From NCBI GenBank assembly GCA_002269645.1, contig NIVC01000186.1, forward strand, positions 310,001-374,000: a DNA stretch of 64,000 nucleotides, given 5' to 3'. Every line of letters begins with the position of its first letter. Position 1 is the stretch's first letter. This DNA is from Macrostomum lignano (Eukaryota). Of this stretch, positions 35,141 to 47,454 are shown in pieces. Both the position numbers and the translations under genes were made by a program. Under the pieces are notes generated by a model. That model did no database searches and was not told the origin of the DNA. It worked only from the letters and a program-made list of their open reading frames with translations.

Positions 35141-37343
35141 CAAGTGGGAATAAACTTCGCGCGCTCCGTAAGTTGCGTCACTCGCAAACCCAATAAGTGA
35201 GAAAACAATCATCTCGCTTGGAGGGTGGAACTTTTGACTGTTGCTGAGTATACTTTAATTCAGAAGATTTTGTACTAAAACACCTTGTCAGTTGCAGAAT
35301 TTATTTAACATTGCTAGCTGCCGAATGGAAGCTATTACTGGAGGCCGTGTGTCTTGAATTCTTGAAAGTATACTCTTTCGACAGCTAAACGATTTTCTTG
35401 TACGACTCGTATTATCGGACACTGATACTGAATCAGCCGAAAAAGTGTGACGCGATCAATAGCGACAAACTTATGCAAGCAGAACACTTTGTAGTTAGGA
35501 AAGCAGCTTGCTGCACACTCGCAAACTGAATATGAATACATATTAATAACTCTTATCTTTCTCACCATATACCAACCGTAACCGTATACCACATTTAAAG
35601 TCAGCACACGGCTTGTACATGCGAGCATTTTCCGTACATCTGTGGTTGTGATTTGATGGCAGTGTAAACAGCTTTTAGGGTTGTTATTTACACACACATT
35701 TGGCGCACAATCTGATTACCAAGCCAATCGGACGCCGCTGGAATTCTGGCATAGCAGACAATTTTTTGTAAAGTTTTCATCATTAACCATAGACCAGTAA
35801 TTATGCAGCAACAGTAGCAGGCTTTTTACTCGTAGTAACGTTTTAAATGTTAAATAATTCAGTGATATCGTTGTCTTTGCGCCGTCAATTTTTAGACAGA
35901 AGCGAAACGTTATTTATTGTTTGTTTGATACCGCACGTTCAATCATGATTTGTATTGATTAGCTACTAACAATTTCAGTCGCATAGACTTACTGTTAATT
36001 TGTTAATCAGTCTATCATTTACTTGCTCAGTTTTTACTGTGGAAATTGAAGTGCATTCTCACACTGCACACAAGCTGCACGGAATTATTATTCTTGTTCA
36101 GCATTATTTTGACCGGCTAATTGAATAATTATTTGAATGTTTCTAATAATTGGTTTTTATAGCTATCGATTTTCAAACCAAAATTAAATTAATTGCTTGC
36201 TTTAGTAGCTAAGTGGTATATGTACTTTGACTGTTGTTAGCACAGACTTCACAGTGCAAGATTTGATCGAAATCTTTTTGTTAGGCTTCACCCTATAGCT
36301 ATGCGCAAAAATGCAGTATTTTTCCGAGATCAGTCACAAATATGTTGTGAAAGGTGCAGTCGAAAATATCTAATAGAAATATTAGATTTTTTTAAATATT
36401 CAACTCACTTTCGTGATTTAAACATTCTGTTTATTTATTTATTTATTTGACATTACTCGTAAAAGCTAATAAGATATGAACGGCAAGATAGTCACATTGG
36501 AAATCAATTTCAACTCCCTTCTTAAATTGATGAAAAACCGATCGGTAAAATAGCTTAATATACGAGCGTATTATAGGAACCCAGAATTTGAGAGACCAAA
36601 TTAAAAATAAGAGGTAAAGTTAAGATGCTTTCGATAAAAAAACTAGGAATAGAGAAAAAAACTCGATTTTGTTGTTGCTGGTGTTGATGATAGTCAAATA
36701 GCCCGTATTATTCAGAGATTCGAAGTTTTTTGGCTGCTTATAACTATTTGGAGATACACTAAGCAAATTACAGAAACTGTTAGTTACATACACTGAATCA
36801 ATGCTACATATATTGTGTACATTGTACAGTTTTTTGAAAATCTATGTTATGGTAATACGGCAGAATAGCGAGGTAAGGCCAATGGTATAAGGTATTTGGA
36901 ATAGGTAAAACCGTTATCGGTAGTCTTTACCAATGATCATGAGCTTACCGGTAGTCTTGCCTAGCCCTAAGTTGTAATTTAATCTCGCATAATTGCAACA
37001 AGGAACAGCAGGGAACCTGGTGGCAGCGAACATCCAAAAATTCAAAGAACTGTATAATAATCCAGAGTCTAAATATTGTAGCATAAACAGTAGTAGCCTA
37101 GACCGGTCACCCACCCCATTATTATTTAGTAACTAGCTATAGAGAACTTTAAGACAAAAATGCGGTACTGCAACGAACACATTAATTTAAACCTAACTAC
37201 GAATTTACACATATGCTAATCTTGACGTGTTTAAAATGTTACATCACATGCGCTTTAACTCTAAAAAAGATTTCTGGTCAAGCATTTCAGAAGCATAGAA
37301 GTCTTTTTATTTACGAGTTTATTCCCAGCTATTGAAAGAAAAA

Positions 37344-38763
37344 CTATGCAGACCAAGTAAAACAACAGTCTTGAGGCTTCAGCAACAGGGGTCTATGCAA
37401 CGTGTCCATGCAACCAGTTGGCGTCTGTCGCACGTCCATTTCTTTACCTTGCTCATCATTATAAGGCTCTCGCCTGCTAGTTAGATTGTGAATGACAGTG
37501 CGCTTCAGTGTCATAAATTCTGTCGAATGATCAGATTTCTGCAGTACCTTGCAGAACTCCTGGATAAACCAGGTACCAGACTGTGGATCCCTAATCGACC
37601 GAAAGCCGGGAAAGGTGGAGTGCAACACGTATATATCCTCGGTGTCTATTGAAGTCTTGTCGTCATCTGGGCCGTCGTAGGCCAAATTTCTAGGCTGTGG
37701 CGCTTTCAGTATGGCCTCGCCGCGGCAGAACTGCAGAAGGAACAATTTCGGTTTATCCTGGAGGCATCCGTTCAAAAATCTCATGACAATATCTTGAATG
37801 TAATGGAGCTTATTCCCATCACTCAACAAGCACTTCTTGCCTTTGCCGTGAGACATCATTAATCATTATAAACAAAAATAGATCGCATCCGTCGTTCTTT
37901 ATGGTAGTCTGTAAATCTTGTACAAATTTATCATACTCTCTCAGACCTGGGTCATGTAATTCCATAATTTTGTAGCCAAGCTTTTTGCCAAACAATTCTT
38001 TAATTGTTTCAACGTCCTTCGATGAGCCCATCCTAGGATTACAACCTGGAACGTGCATTACGTTGATCAGGGCGCATAAACGTCGTTTGTTTGGATATGG
38101 CCGACTAGAAGTATGTGGATCGTCTTTAGAATCTCCAGAAGCCCAACTGACTGAGTAATTCGAACGAAAGATAGGCTTGGAAGCAATAAACTCTTCGATT
38201 AGCTGTCGGGCATTTGAAGAAGCTGAGAAAAACGGTTCCAACGTTTCGGATAGGTCAAGCGATTCTTCAGTAACTATGCTGTGCTCAACCAGCTCCGTCA
38301 AGAAGTCGAGAACGTCAGAGAAGTCGAAGTTATTTAACTGTTGATGCCATAGTAGTCTAAGCCTGCTCGCAACTGCGATGTCCTCCGTTCAAAACTGCGA
38401 TGCCAGTCGGTGAAGCAAGCAGCGCAGGGGGGAGAGTGCGAAACGATCATCAAACTGGGCATCGGTGTTACACCTAGCCAGAGCATTGGCAAGAAATTCA
38501 CAATTGCAAACCCGTAAAGCGGCTATCAATGCATTTGACCAATTGTTAACCTCGCCATTGCGCTCTGGAGGGAACCAGTCGCGTAAGCGCTCAACCAGCA
38601 GGTCCGAGCTCGTCACTTCCGAATAGAGACGCACACTGATGGCATTTTGGGGGGCTAGTAGGAACAGCAGGTCCTTCAGCGGGGCACCTAAGCTGCCGAG
38701 CAGTGTGCGCGCAAAAGTAACCAGCGAACTATCGCCTACAGGTACGGAGTCTGACAACTGCAT
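37344..38763 (-). pseudogene. Caspase-8/10-like initiator caspase (two DED-like domains plus p20/p10), no introns in this span, disabled by in-frame TGA (38389-38391) and a 7-bp duplication (37855-37868)
   Basis: The three track ORFs join into one reading frame. RMGSSKDV, (FI)MMSHG, QFCRG, STFPGFRSIRDPQSGTWFIQEFCKVL. DED-like LKDLLFLL and SPLRCLLHRLASQF*TEDI...DVLDFLTELVEHSIVTEESLD. The DED call is from remembered caspase-8 patterns, not an HMM. Confidence 0.85.
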
Positions 38764-39764
38764 GAAAAAAAGTGTGAAAAGAGTTCGGAAACAATAGGGC
38801 GAATTATAAAAGATTTGAAAAGACCAAGTTGATGGTAACTGAATTGGTATCAACGGAAGCTAGATCTACATCTAAATATACTAAATCTTCTATCTTCTTC
38901 TTCTATCTATCTAAATATACTAAATCTCTAAGGTTTGTATGTTTGAATGCTTGCTTGTCCATAACGCTCTAGAGATTGCAATTCTTCACCGATTTTCATC
39001 GCGTTTTCGCCAAAAGATTCGTAATCAGCCTGGGATTGTATGGTTAAAATTTCTTGTATCTGCTTCAATGCTAAAGGGATTAAATATTCGAAAAACTGTT
39101 TTAAATGGCCTTTTTCAATGCAAAATTTTATCAGCGAGAAATTTCACAGCCAATTTTAATGATTGCGCCAGAGCGAACTGATCAGAAAACTCATGGGCCC
39201 CACTGCCCAGATAATTACTCTATTTAAATTGCGCAACCATACCATGGCTACAGCGAGCTCTTTAAGCGTCAAAGATCTGTTTTTCGTAACGCTCTACAGA
39301 CTGCAATTCTTGACCAATTTTGATCGCGTTTTCGCCAAAAGTTTTGTAATTATCTGGAAAGAGGACAGCTAAAATTTCTTTAATCTGCTTCAATGCTAAA
39401 GGTATTAAGTATTCGAAAAACAAGTTTATCTAAATGCTTTTAATAGAAGGCCAAGCAGCGTTGAATTCTTGACTGGCTGAATTCCAATGCTAAATGATTG
39501 CGCCACAACTGCGTACTGCATATTCTCGCTATAAACTGACTCTGAGCTTTTCAGCAGGAGGCAGTGTGCCAAGCATTGCGCAGGCACTCTGGAGGGAGAG
39601 AGAAATTAGCCAGTGCATTTTAAAAGTATTGAAATTGAGAGATTTACTTAACTGTGCAATGGCTCTGCCAGCACCAAAACTGTGCACACTGAGCAGGCTA
39701 TCACTGGTATGTATTTGACTGCAGTGCCGAAGCATATATGTCTGATTTTTGCGCCCTTCCATCA

Positions 39765-39850
39765 GTAGGCGGAATAGCCGCAGTGTAGGCACTAGGACCA
39801 GGTTTAGGCTAGGCGTAAGGTCCAAGGTTCGAGTCCGCCTCCCCGGTGGA
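39765..39850 (+). mobile_element. tRNA-related SINE-like head
   Basis: A-box-like TAGCCGCAGTG and B-box GGTTCGAGTCC; no valid cloverleaf. Confidence 0.35.
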
Positions 39851-41034
39851 TAATTAAAATAAGTAAATTCATTCATTTGTAGCTTGTGATTCGACTAAAT
39901 ATAACATATTTTTTATTAATTTTAATTGCAACATTTTTTATTAATTAGCAAATAATTTTTGCTACTTGGCACAAGCCACTTATAAAATTTGATTTTAAAA
40001 AACTGCTTCGTGCATTACTGATCCCATCAACGAGTACTGCCTCGCACCATGAAAGTATGAAATTGCTATTAAACTGCAGACCATGCTGTTAAAATTGCTT
40101 AAAGGTATTGCTAAATTTTGAGCTTTTGAAGAATGCCGATATGTACTGAAAATTGTTTAGTGAGCCGTAAAATGCTGAGCACATTTTTAGATTATTGGAA
40201 AGGAGAACAGAAGATGCTGAGGGAACTGCAGATTGTCAAAGGGATCATTCATGCAGACTGCAAAAGGAAAAATGGAACAAACTGCTGAGGTAGCTCCTCC
40301 ACACTTATGAGTGCATAGCAGCAAACTGTTGAGGGAATAACTATCTACAGAATTTAAAGTGGATAATAGCTGTGAAGTATTAAGTGCAAGTTGTTGAGTG
40401 GATAACTGCGGACTGCTGAGTGAAGTATTGTAGTTTTCTGATGTTAATGAAAGTTGTAGACGGCACAGTGGATATCTGCAGGCCGCTAAGAGTATGACTG
40501 CAGTCTGTTTGTGGGATTAGAAGTGATAGCTAATTTCAGGATGTTGTGGAGATAACTGCCGATTTCTGGGGGGGGGGGGTTAACTTCAAACTGCCGAAGT
40601 TACTAAACTTCTTGAATTTAGTTTGAATCTTGAATCTTGAATTAGAAGTTTTAGTAACTGCCGAAGTTACTAAACTTCTTGAATAGTATAAGGCTTTTAG
40701 CAGAAGGTCGGCAGTTCGAGTCTGTAATGAAGCAGCGAATTTATCTTTGTGACAATAATCATTGTTTCCTATGAGGATTCATGCAAATTTTTAGCATTTT
40801 CATTTTGTAGATACTTTTGCTGGGGCTACGCTAAGCTTTAAGAGCAGCGCTAATCGGGGAGAGCAGTGCTAATCTGATGTATAAAATAAAATAATAAATA
40901 TGTAAGGGGATTACATATCAACTTTAACCTGCAAGTTGACAAAGCATTTCAAATGGTTTCGATTATCCAGAAGCAATATGGCAATAAGCAAAGATTAGTG
41001 GCCATCTGCTCACTGATTGTGCAAAACAGTGCTG

Positions 41035-41290
41035 GTGAATCATTGCTAAACTGCTGGTGAAGCATTTTTAAACTGCTGGTGAAGCAGTGCTAAACTGCTG
41101 GTGAACCATTGCTAAACTGCTGGTGAAGCATTGTTAAACTACTGGTGAAGCATTGCTGAAATGCTGGTGAACCATAGCTAATGCAAACTGCTGGTGAAGC
41201 ATTGCTAAACTGCTGGTGAACCATTGCTGAAATGCTGGTAAATCATTGCTGAAATGCTGGTGAACCATTGCTGAAATGCTGGTCATTAAT
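41035..41290. repeat. 22-bp minisatellite (CTGCTGGTGAAGCATTGCTAAA)n
   Basis: Direct reading. Confidence 0.9.
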
Positions 41291-41339
41291 GCTGATCATT
41301 AATGAAGCGCCCTGTCGAACGTAAAAGTCTCATCGGGAA

Positions 41340-42530
41340 TTGCTTAGACTGTTAAGACTGCTAAGACTATTGCTACGAGCATAATGCTGGTATGGGAAAT
41401 TGCTGTGATATCAAGACTCACGGTAGAATTTATAAGATCTCAAGGCTCAGGGGAAATTGCTATAATTATGTCATTCTGGGGAGAATTGCTTTGATTTCAA
41501 GGTTCATTTGTGAAATTGCAGAAATAAATTGTTGAAATGCAAGTGCCAAGATATCAAAAGGTTAGTCACTCAATTTTCAGGATCATGGGGAAATTGCTAA
41601 CATTTCCAAAGCTCATTGGAGAATTGCTGAAATTCTACTACAAGGGTTATGGTTTTGGTTCAATTATAGAGCGATCGTCGTGACAATCATTAATGATCCA
41701 TTGAGGAGTTGCTAAGATTAAATGCTCTTGGGGGGAAAACTTAAATGCTTTGGCTCTACTACGGGGAATTGCTGACAGGTCAAGGCTTTCGGTGAAATTC
41801 TGATTACAAAGCTTATTTATGAGGAAGTTACTTTAATGCTGAGGCTCAAGGCTTATGGTGGAAATTGCCAACACGCCAAGACTCACTTATGGGTTAGGGT
41901 GACCATTAATTAAAGACTTGTTTAGATATAATCAAAGTTCATTGTGGAATCGCTCTGTTGACAAAGGTCATAAAGAAATTGCTGAGTTATCAAGGCTTAT
42001 AAGGGTATTGCTGAATTCTTGGGAAAAGGGAGTTGGATTGTTGGTATGTCAAGGCTTACTGCGCTGGGAGAATTGCGTGATGTCAAGGCTCGAGTTTAAT
42101 TGCTGTGATGTCGAGGCTTAATAGGATAACTGCTGAGATGTCAAGGCTTACTGGGGGAATTGCTGAGATGTCGAGGCTTACCGGGGGCAATTGCTGAGAT
42201 CTCAGAGCTTATGGGGGGAATCTCTGAGATCTCAAGGCTTACTAAGGGAATTGCTGATATGTCAAGGCTTACTGGGGAAATGCTGAGATGTCAAGTCTTA
42301 CTGGGAATTGCTAAGATTTCAATGCTTACTGGGGGAAAGCTGAGATTTCAAGGCTTACTGGGGGAATTGCTGATATGTCAAGGCTTACTGGGGAAATGCT
42401 GAGATGTCAAGGCTTATTGGGGCAATTGCTGAGATTTCAAGGCTTACTGGGGGAATTGCTGATATGCCAAGGCTTACTGGGGGAATTGCTGAGATGTCAA
42501 GGCTTACAGGGGAATCGCTGATATGTCAAG
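41340..42530. repeat. About 30-bp satellite (TCAAGGCTTACTGGGGGAATTGCTGAGATG)n, degenerate 5' and homogeneous from about 42130
   Basis: Direct reading. Confidence 0.8.
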
Positions 42531-43589
42531 GCTCATGGACGATGGCTGAATTTTTTTTTTGGGGGGGGGGGGTTACTAGGTTATTGGGCGATCGTCAGAT
42601 AGTCAGGTAGTACGGCTCAAGTAGCTCATGTAATTCAGATAATGAAATAGTACACACAAGTGATGCTGATTTCTGCTAATAGGAAATACCAGCGCATTTA
42701 TTAAAGGTTTGATTCTTGATTTAGGCTAATAAACAGAGAGGGTCTAAGGCCGTCAGGGATTTGCATTTTGAGCTCCTGCTGCGGATCAAAATATGTCCCG
42801 GCCAGTGACGATATTCACTAAGAGTGTGTGCTTGAACGGATAAGCACTATTTGCTGATTGAGAAAGGGTTTTGAGCTGATGAACGAAACTTTTTGGCTAA
42901 TGAAAGTTCTGATTCATGGCAACTTAGTTTTCAAACGTGAGAAAAGGTAATTTTTTATTAATGGAAATCAACATTTTGGATAATTATAGTAAGGTTGCTG
43001 TTGTGCCAAAATAAAAACCAATTGGTGTCATTTTCAAGGCTCCCCAGAGGGGGGGCTAAATGGCTAGTCTAATATACTAAAAATGAAAATCTTGCTTGCT
43101 TGCTTGTACGAAATCGATTTTCTCCTGAATGGCTTGACCGATTTCCTTCGAACTTGCACTGTTCGATCAGAAATTTTCCTGGGACGGTACATGCATCTTG
43201 GCTAAGAAATTTCTCAATATTAAAGGGATTAAATATTCGAAAAACATGCTTTTTTGCAAAGGTCAAGCAGCTCTTTCGACTTGAAATGCATTGTAAGAAT
43301 GCTAGAGAAAAAACTGACTGGTTGAATTCTGATTCTGAAATAGATTGCATCATCACAATAGGCTTTTTATTTATCGTCTGTGTACTGGCTGAATTTTGAG
43401 ACTGAATTGAATTGCGTCACAGTATTGAAAACGCAGTGTGGAAGCATAGCACAACACTTGATTTATATTGCGTAACCATATATTGCTAACTTTAATAGAG
43501 ACTGGTACTGACTTGCCTAAGAAATTGATTATGTCATAACTGCTTCGTGTGACTTTAACTCGGTGAGTGTTGAATTATATAAATCTATT

Positions 43590-43770
43590 CTAAGAATCTT
43601 TTCTACTTTTGGATTCTAAGAATCTCTTCTACTTTGTATTCTAAGAATGTATTCTATTTTTTGTATTCTAAGAATGTCTTCTACTTTGTATTCTAAGAAT
43701 CTCTTCTACTTTGTATTCGAAGAATGTCTTCTACTTGGTATTCTAAGAATCTCTTCTACTTTGTATTCTA
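43590..43770. repeat. 25-bp minisatellite (TTCTAAGAATCTCTTCTACTTTGTA)n
   Basis: About 7 units read directly. Confidence 0.9.
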
Positions 43771-43799
43771 TCTAAACTAATTAAAAAGACCTGAATTAT

Positions 43800-45780
43800 G
43801 GCGCTAGATAAACCAAGGATTACTGCACTTGATAAACCAAGGATTACTGCGCTTGATAAACCAAGGATTACTGCACTTGATGAACCAAGAATTACTGCGC
43901 TTGATAAACGAAGGATTATTGCACTTGATAAGCCAAGGATTATTGCATTCGATAAACCAAGGATTATTGCACTTGATAAACCAAGGATTATTGCACTTGA
44001 TAAGCCAACGATTATTGCACTTGATAAGCCTTAGATTACTGCGCTTGATAAACCAAGGATTATTGCACTTGAAAAAAACAAGAATTACTGAACTTGTTAA
44101 ACCAAGGATTAATGCGCTTGATAAACCAAAGATTATTGCACTTGATAATCCAAAGATTACTGCGCTTGATAAACCAAAGATTATTGCACTTGATAAGCCA
44201 AAGATTACTGCACTTGATAAACCAAGGATTATTGCACTTGATAAGCCAATGATTATTGCACTTAATAAGCCAAAGATTACTGCACTTGATAAACCAAGGA
44301 TTATTGCACTTGATAAGCCAAGGATTACTGCACTTGATAAACCAAGGATTATTGCACTTGATAAGCCAAAGATTACTGTACTTGATAAACCAAGGATTAT
44401 TGCACTTGATAAGCCAATGATTACTGCATTTGATAAACCAAGGATTATTGCACTTGATAAGCCAAAGATTACTGCACTTGATAAACCAAGCATTATTGCA
44501 CTTGATAAGCCAAGGATTATTGCACTTGATAAGCCAAAGATTATTGCATTTGATACACCAAGGATTATTGCACTTGATAAGCCAAGGATTATTGCACTTG
44601 ATAAACCAAGGGTTATTGCACTTGATAAACCAAGGATTACTGTAAGGATTTTTGCACTTGATAAACCAAGGGTTATTGCACTTGATAAACCAAGGATTAC
44701 AGTAAGGATTTTTGCACTTGATAAACCAAGGATTATTGCACTTGATAAGCCAAAGATTACTGCGCTTGATAAACCAAAGATTACTGCACTTGATAAACCA
44801 AGCATTATTGCACTTGATAAGCCAAGGATTATTGCACTTGATAAGCCAAAGATTACTGCACTTGATAAACCAAGGATTATTGCACTTGATAAGCCAATGA
44901 TTACTGCATTTGATAAACCAAGGATTATTGCACTTGATAAGCCAAAGATTACTGCACTTGATAAACCAAGGATTATTGCACTTGATAAGCCAAGGATTAT
45001 TGCACTTGATAAGCCAAAGATTATTGCATTTGATACACCAAGGATTATTGCACTTGATAAGCCAAGGATTATTGCACTTGATAAACCAAGGGTTATTGCA
45101 CTTGATAAACCAAGGATTACTGTAAGGATTTTTGCACTTGATAAACCAAGGGTTATTGCACTTGATAAACCAAGGATTACAGTAAGGATTTTTGCACTTG
45201 ATAAACCAAGGATTATTGCACTTGATAAGCCAAAGATTACTGCGCTTGATAAACCAAAGATTTTTGCACTTGATAAGCCGAAGATTATTGCATTTGATAC
45301 ACCAAGGATTATTGCACTTGATAAGCCAAAGATTACTGCACTTGATAAACCAAGGATTATTGCACTTGATAAGCCAATGATTATTGCACTTGATAAGCCA
45401 AAGATTATTGCATTTGATACACCAAGGATTATTGCACTTGATAAGCCAAAGATTACTGCACTTGATAAACAAAGGATTATTGCACTTGATAAGCCAAAGA
45501 TTATTGCATTTGATACACCAAGAATTATTGCACTTGATAAGCCAAAGATTACTGCGCTTGATAAACCAAAGATTATTGCACTTGATAAGCCAAAGATTAC
45601 TGCGCTTGATAAACCAAGGATTATTGCACTTGATAAGCCATCGATTATCGCACTTTGATTACAAGGAATATTGCACTTGATAAACCAAGGATTATTGCAC
45701 TCGATAAGCCAAGGATTATTGCACTAGATTAGAAAGGGCTATTGCACTAGCTGAGGCATCGATTTTTGGACTTGATGAGT
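43800..45780. repeat. 24-bp minisatellite (CTTGATAA[A/G]CCAAGGATTA[T/C]TGCA)n with a 480-bp higher-order duplication
   Basis: Line 44401 is identical to 44881 and line 44641 to 45121 (offset 480); source of the IALDKPR ORF. Confidence 0.97.
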
Positions 45781-45919
45781 AAAGGATTATTGCACTAGCT
45801 GAGAAGCTGATTATTGCGCTGTCTAAAAAAGAGATTATTGCGCTCACTGAGACGTGGATTGTTGCACAACCTAAGAAAGCGATTATTGCATTAGCGGAGG
45901 TAAAATTTGCACTAGCTAC

Positions 45920-46240
45920 TTGCTGTCTCGCGGATGCTTGCTATCTGGAGGATGCTTGCTCTCGAGGGGGGATACTTGCTATTTGGGAGGGGGTGTACTG
46001 GCTACATGTATGGGATTCTTTCTATCCAGGGATGCTTGCTATTTAGGGATTCTTGCTATCTACAGGATGCTTGCTATTTATGTGGATGCTTCGATAATAT
46101 CTGGGGGGGGGGGGTGCTTGCTATCTGCAGGATGCTTCTATCTGGGGGATGCTTGTTATCTGCAGATGCTTGCTATGAGCATTAGAGGATGCTTGCTATC
46201 TGCGGTTGTTTACTTTTGGAGGGGGGTGCTTGCTGTCTTG
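45920..46240. repeat. Degenerate repeat GGATGCTTGCTATCT...
   Basis: Direct reading; irregular units. Confidence 0.7.
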
Positions 46241-46489
46241 GGAATATTTTCTATTTAGGGGAAGCTATATTTCGTTGTCTGTTTGTTAATTTTAGAGAAA
46301 AAGTGATTCTTTCACTTTTTAAACATCTTTGTCCCTGACAATTTTACACAAATACAAGCTAAGGTGATTTTTAAAAGTGAAGAAGGAATTGGTGTTTAAG
46401 AAAATGTGCTTTTTTATTGTTTTCCATGAACTATTTTTGCTCCTTTCTTATTGGGCGCCCCGAAGGGGGGCCGCACTAGATTGCTAGTA

Positions 46490-46988
46490 GTAACTGAAGG
46501 TGCGGGAACAACGGAAGCTAGATAGTAACTGAAGGTGCGGGAACAGCGGAAGCTAGAAAGTAACTTAAGCTGCGGGAACAACGGAAGCTAGATAGTAACT
46601 TAAGCTGCGGGAACAGCGGAAGCTAGGAAGTAACTTAAGCTGCGGGAACAACGGAAGCTAGAAAGTAACTGAAGGTGCGGGAACAACGGAAGCTAGATAG
46701 TAACTGAAGCTGCAGGAACAGCGGAAGCTAGAAAGTAACTGAAGCTGCGGGAACAACGGAAGCTAGATAGTAACTGAAGCTGCAGGAACAGCGGAAGCTA
46801 GATAGTAACTGAAGCTGCAGGAACAGCGGAAGCTAGAAAGTAACTGAAGCTGCGGGAACAACGGAAGCTAGAAAGTAACTGAAGGTGCGGGAACAACGGA
46901 AGCTAGAAAGTAACTGAAGCTGCGGGAACAACGGAAGCTAGATAGTAACTGAAGCTGCAGGAACAACGGAAGCTAGATAGTAACTGAA
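46490..46988. repeat. 35-bp minisatellite (GTAACTGAAGCTGCGGGAACAACGGAAGCTAGA[T/A]A) about x14
   Basis: Direct reading; every unit contains CTAG. Confidence 0.95.
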
Positions 46989-47454
46989 AATAAAAAACAA
47001 ACTCGTTCAACTCGATTCAATGTCACCAAATGAATTTTAGTAGAAAAATGAGTTAGACACATGAAGGATGTATATTATGTACTGAACCAGCAACAGGCAA
47101 AAGTTAATAAATAAAACTATATAATCGTATTATAGACAGAATGAAGCCACAAAAATTGCAACAATAACTAAATTCTCTCTCATACACACGTAAGTCTAAC
47201 ATTTCCAGTTTTTATACTAAAATGCTGTTAGATACAGACTTAAACAATTAATTAAGGAGCATAGCTGTGGAACATGGTAACAGACATGCTGGAATTTTAA
47301 TACACTTAGCTATAGTATGTCACAAGACAACGAAAACTATAGTATTTACATACATAGTGTCTTACTAGATTATTAATTAATACAAAGATTAACTTTTTGC
47401 ACTCGCTCATTGAGTGAGACAAACATTGACTCATTTAAGGACACAAAATGTGTC

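Larger units (their letters stand above)
38865..43067 (+). mobile_element. Putative non-autonomous Helitron-like element A (about 4.2 kb) with internal satellites
   Basis: 5' TC...TCTAAATATACTAAAT; 3' hairpin GCTCCCC-AGA-GGGGGGGC (43039-43056) then CTAG (43064-43067). Shares the core AAAGGGATTAAATATTCGAAAAAC with 43068-43400 and, inverted, 62645-62901. Confidence 0.55.
43068..46487 (+). mobile_element. Putative non-autonomous Helitron-like element B (about 3.4 kb) with internal satellites
   Basis: 5' TCTAATATACTAAAAATGA directly after element A's CTAG; 3' hairpin GCGCCCC-GAA-GGGGGG (46455-46470) then CTAG (46476-46479, 46484-46487). Confidence 0.55.

Noticed and set aside
38389-38391. Caspase in-frame TGA as selenocysteine or programmed read-through
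   Set aside because: Not at a catalytic Cys, no SECIS recognised, and a second independent frameshift lies downstream.
43829-45658. 609-aa ORF of IALDKPR repeats (also VTQTLAHP 47410-48702, SVLA 17847-18317, [10 protein letters not shown] 50353-50742, TDRQ/VCLS 53706-55617, SIYL 52478-52939, poly-L/C/TA 21368-22413)
   Set aside because: Unit lengths are multiples of 3 or lack stops, so several frames and both strands are open. There are no splice signals or unique domains; these are tandem-repeat artefacts.
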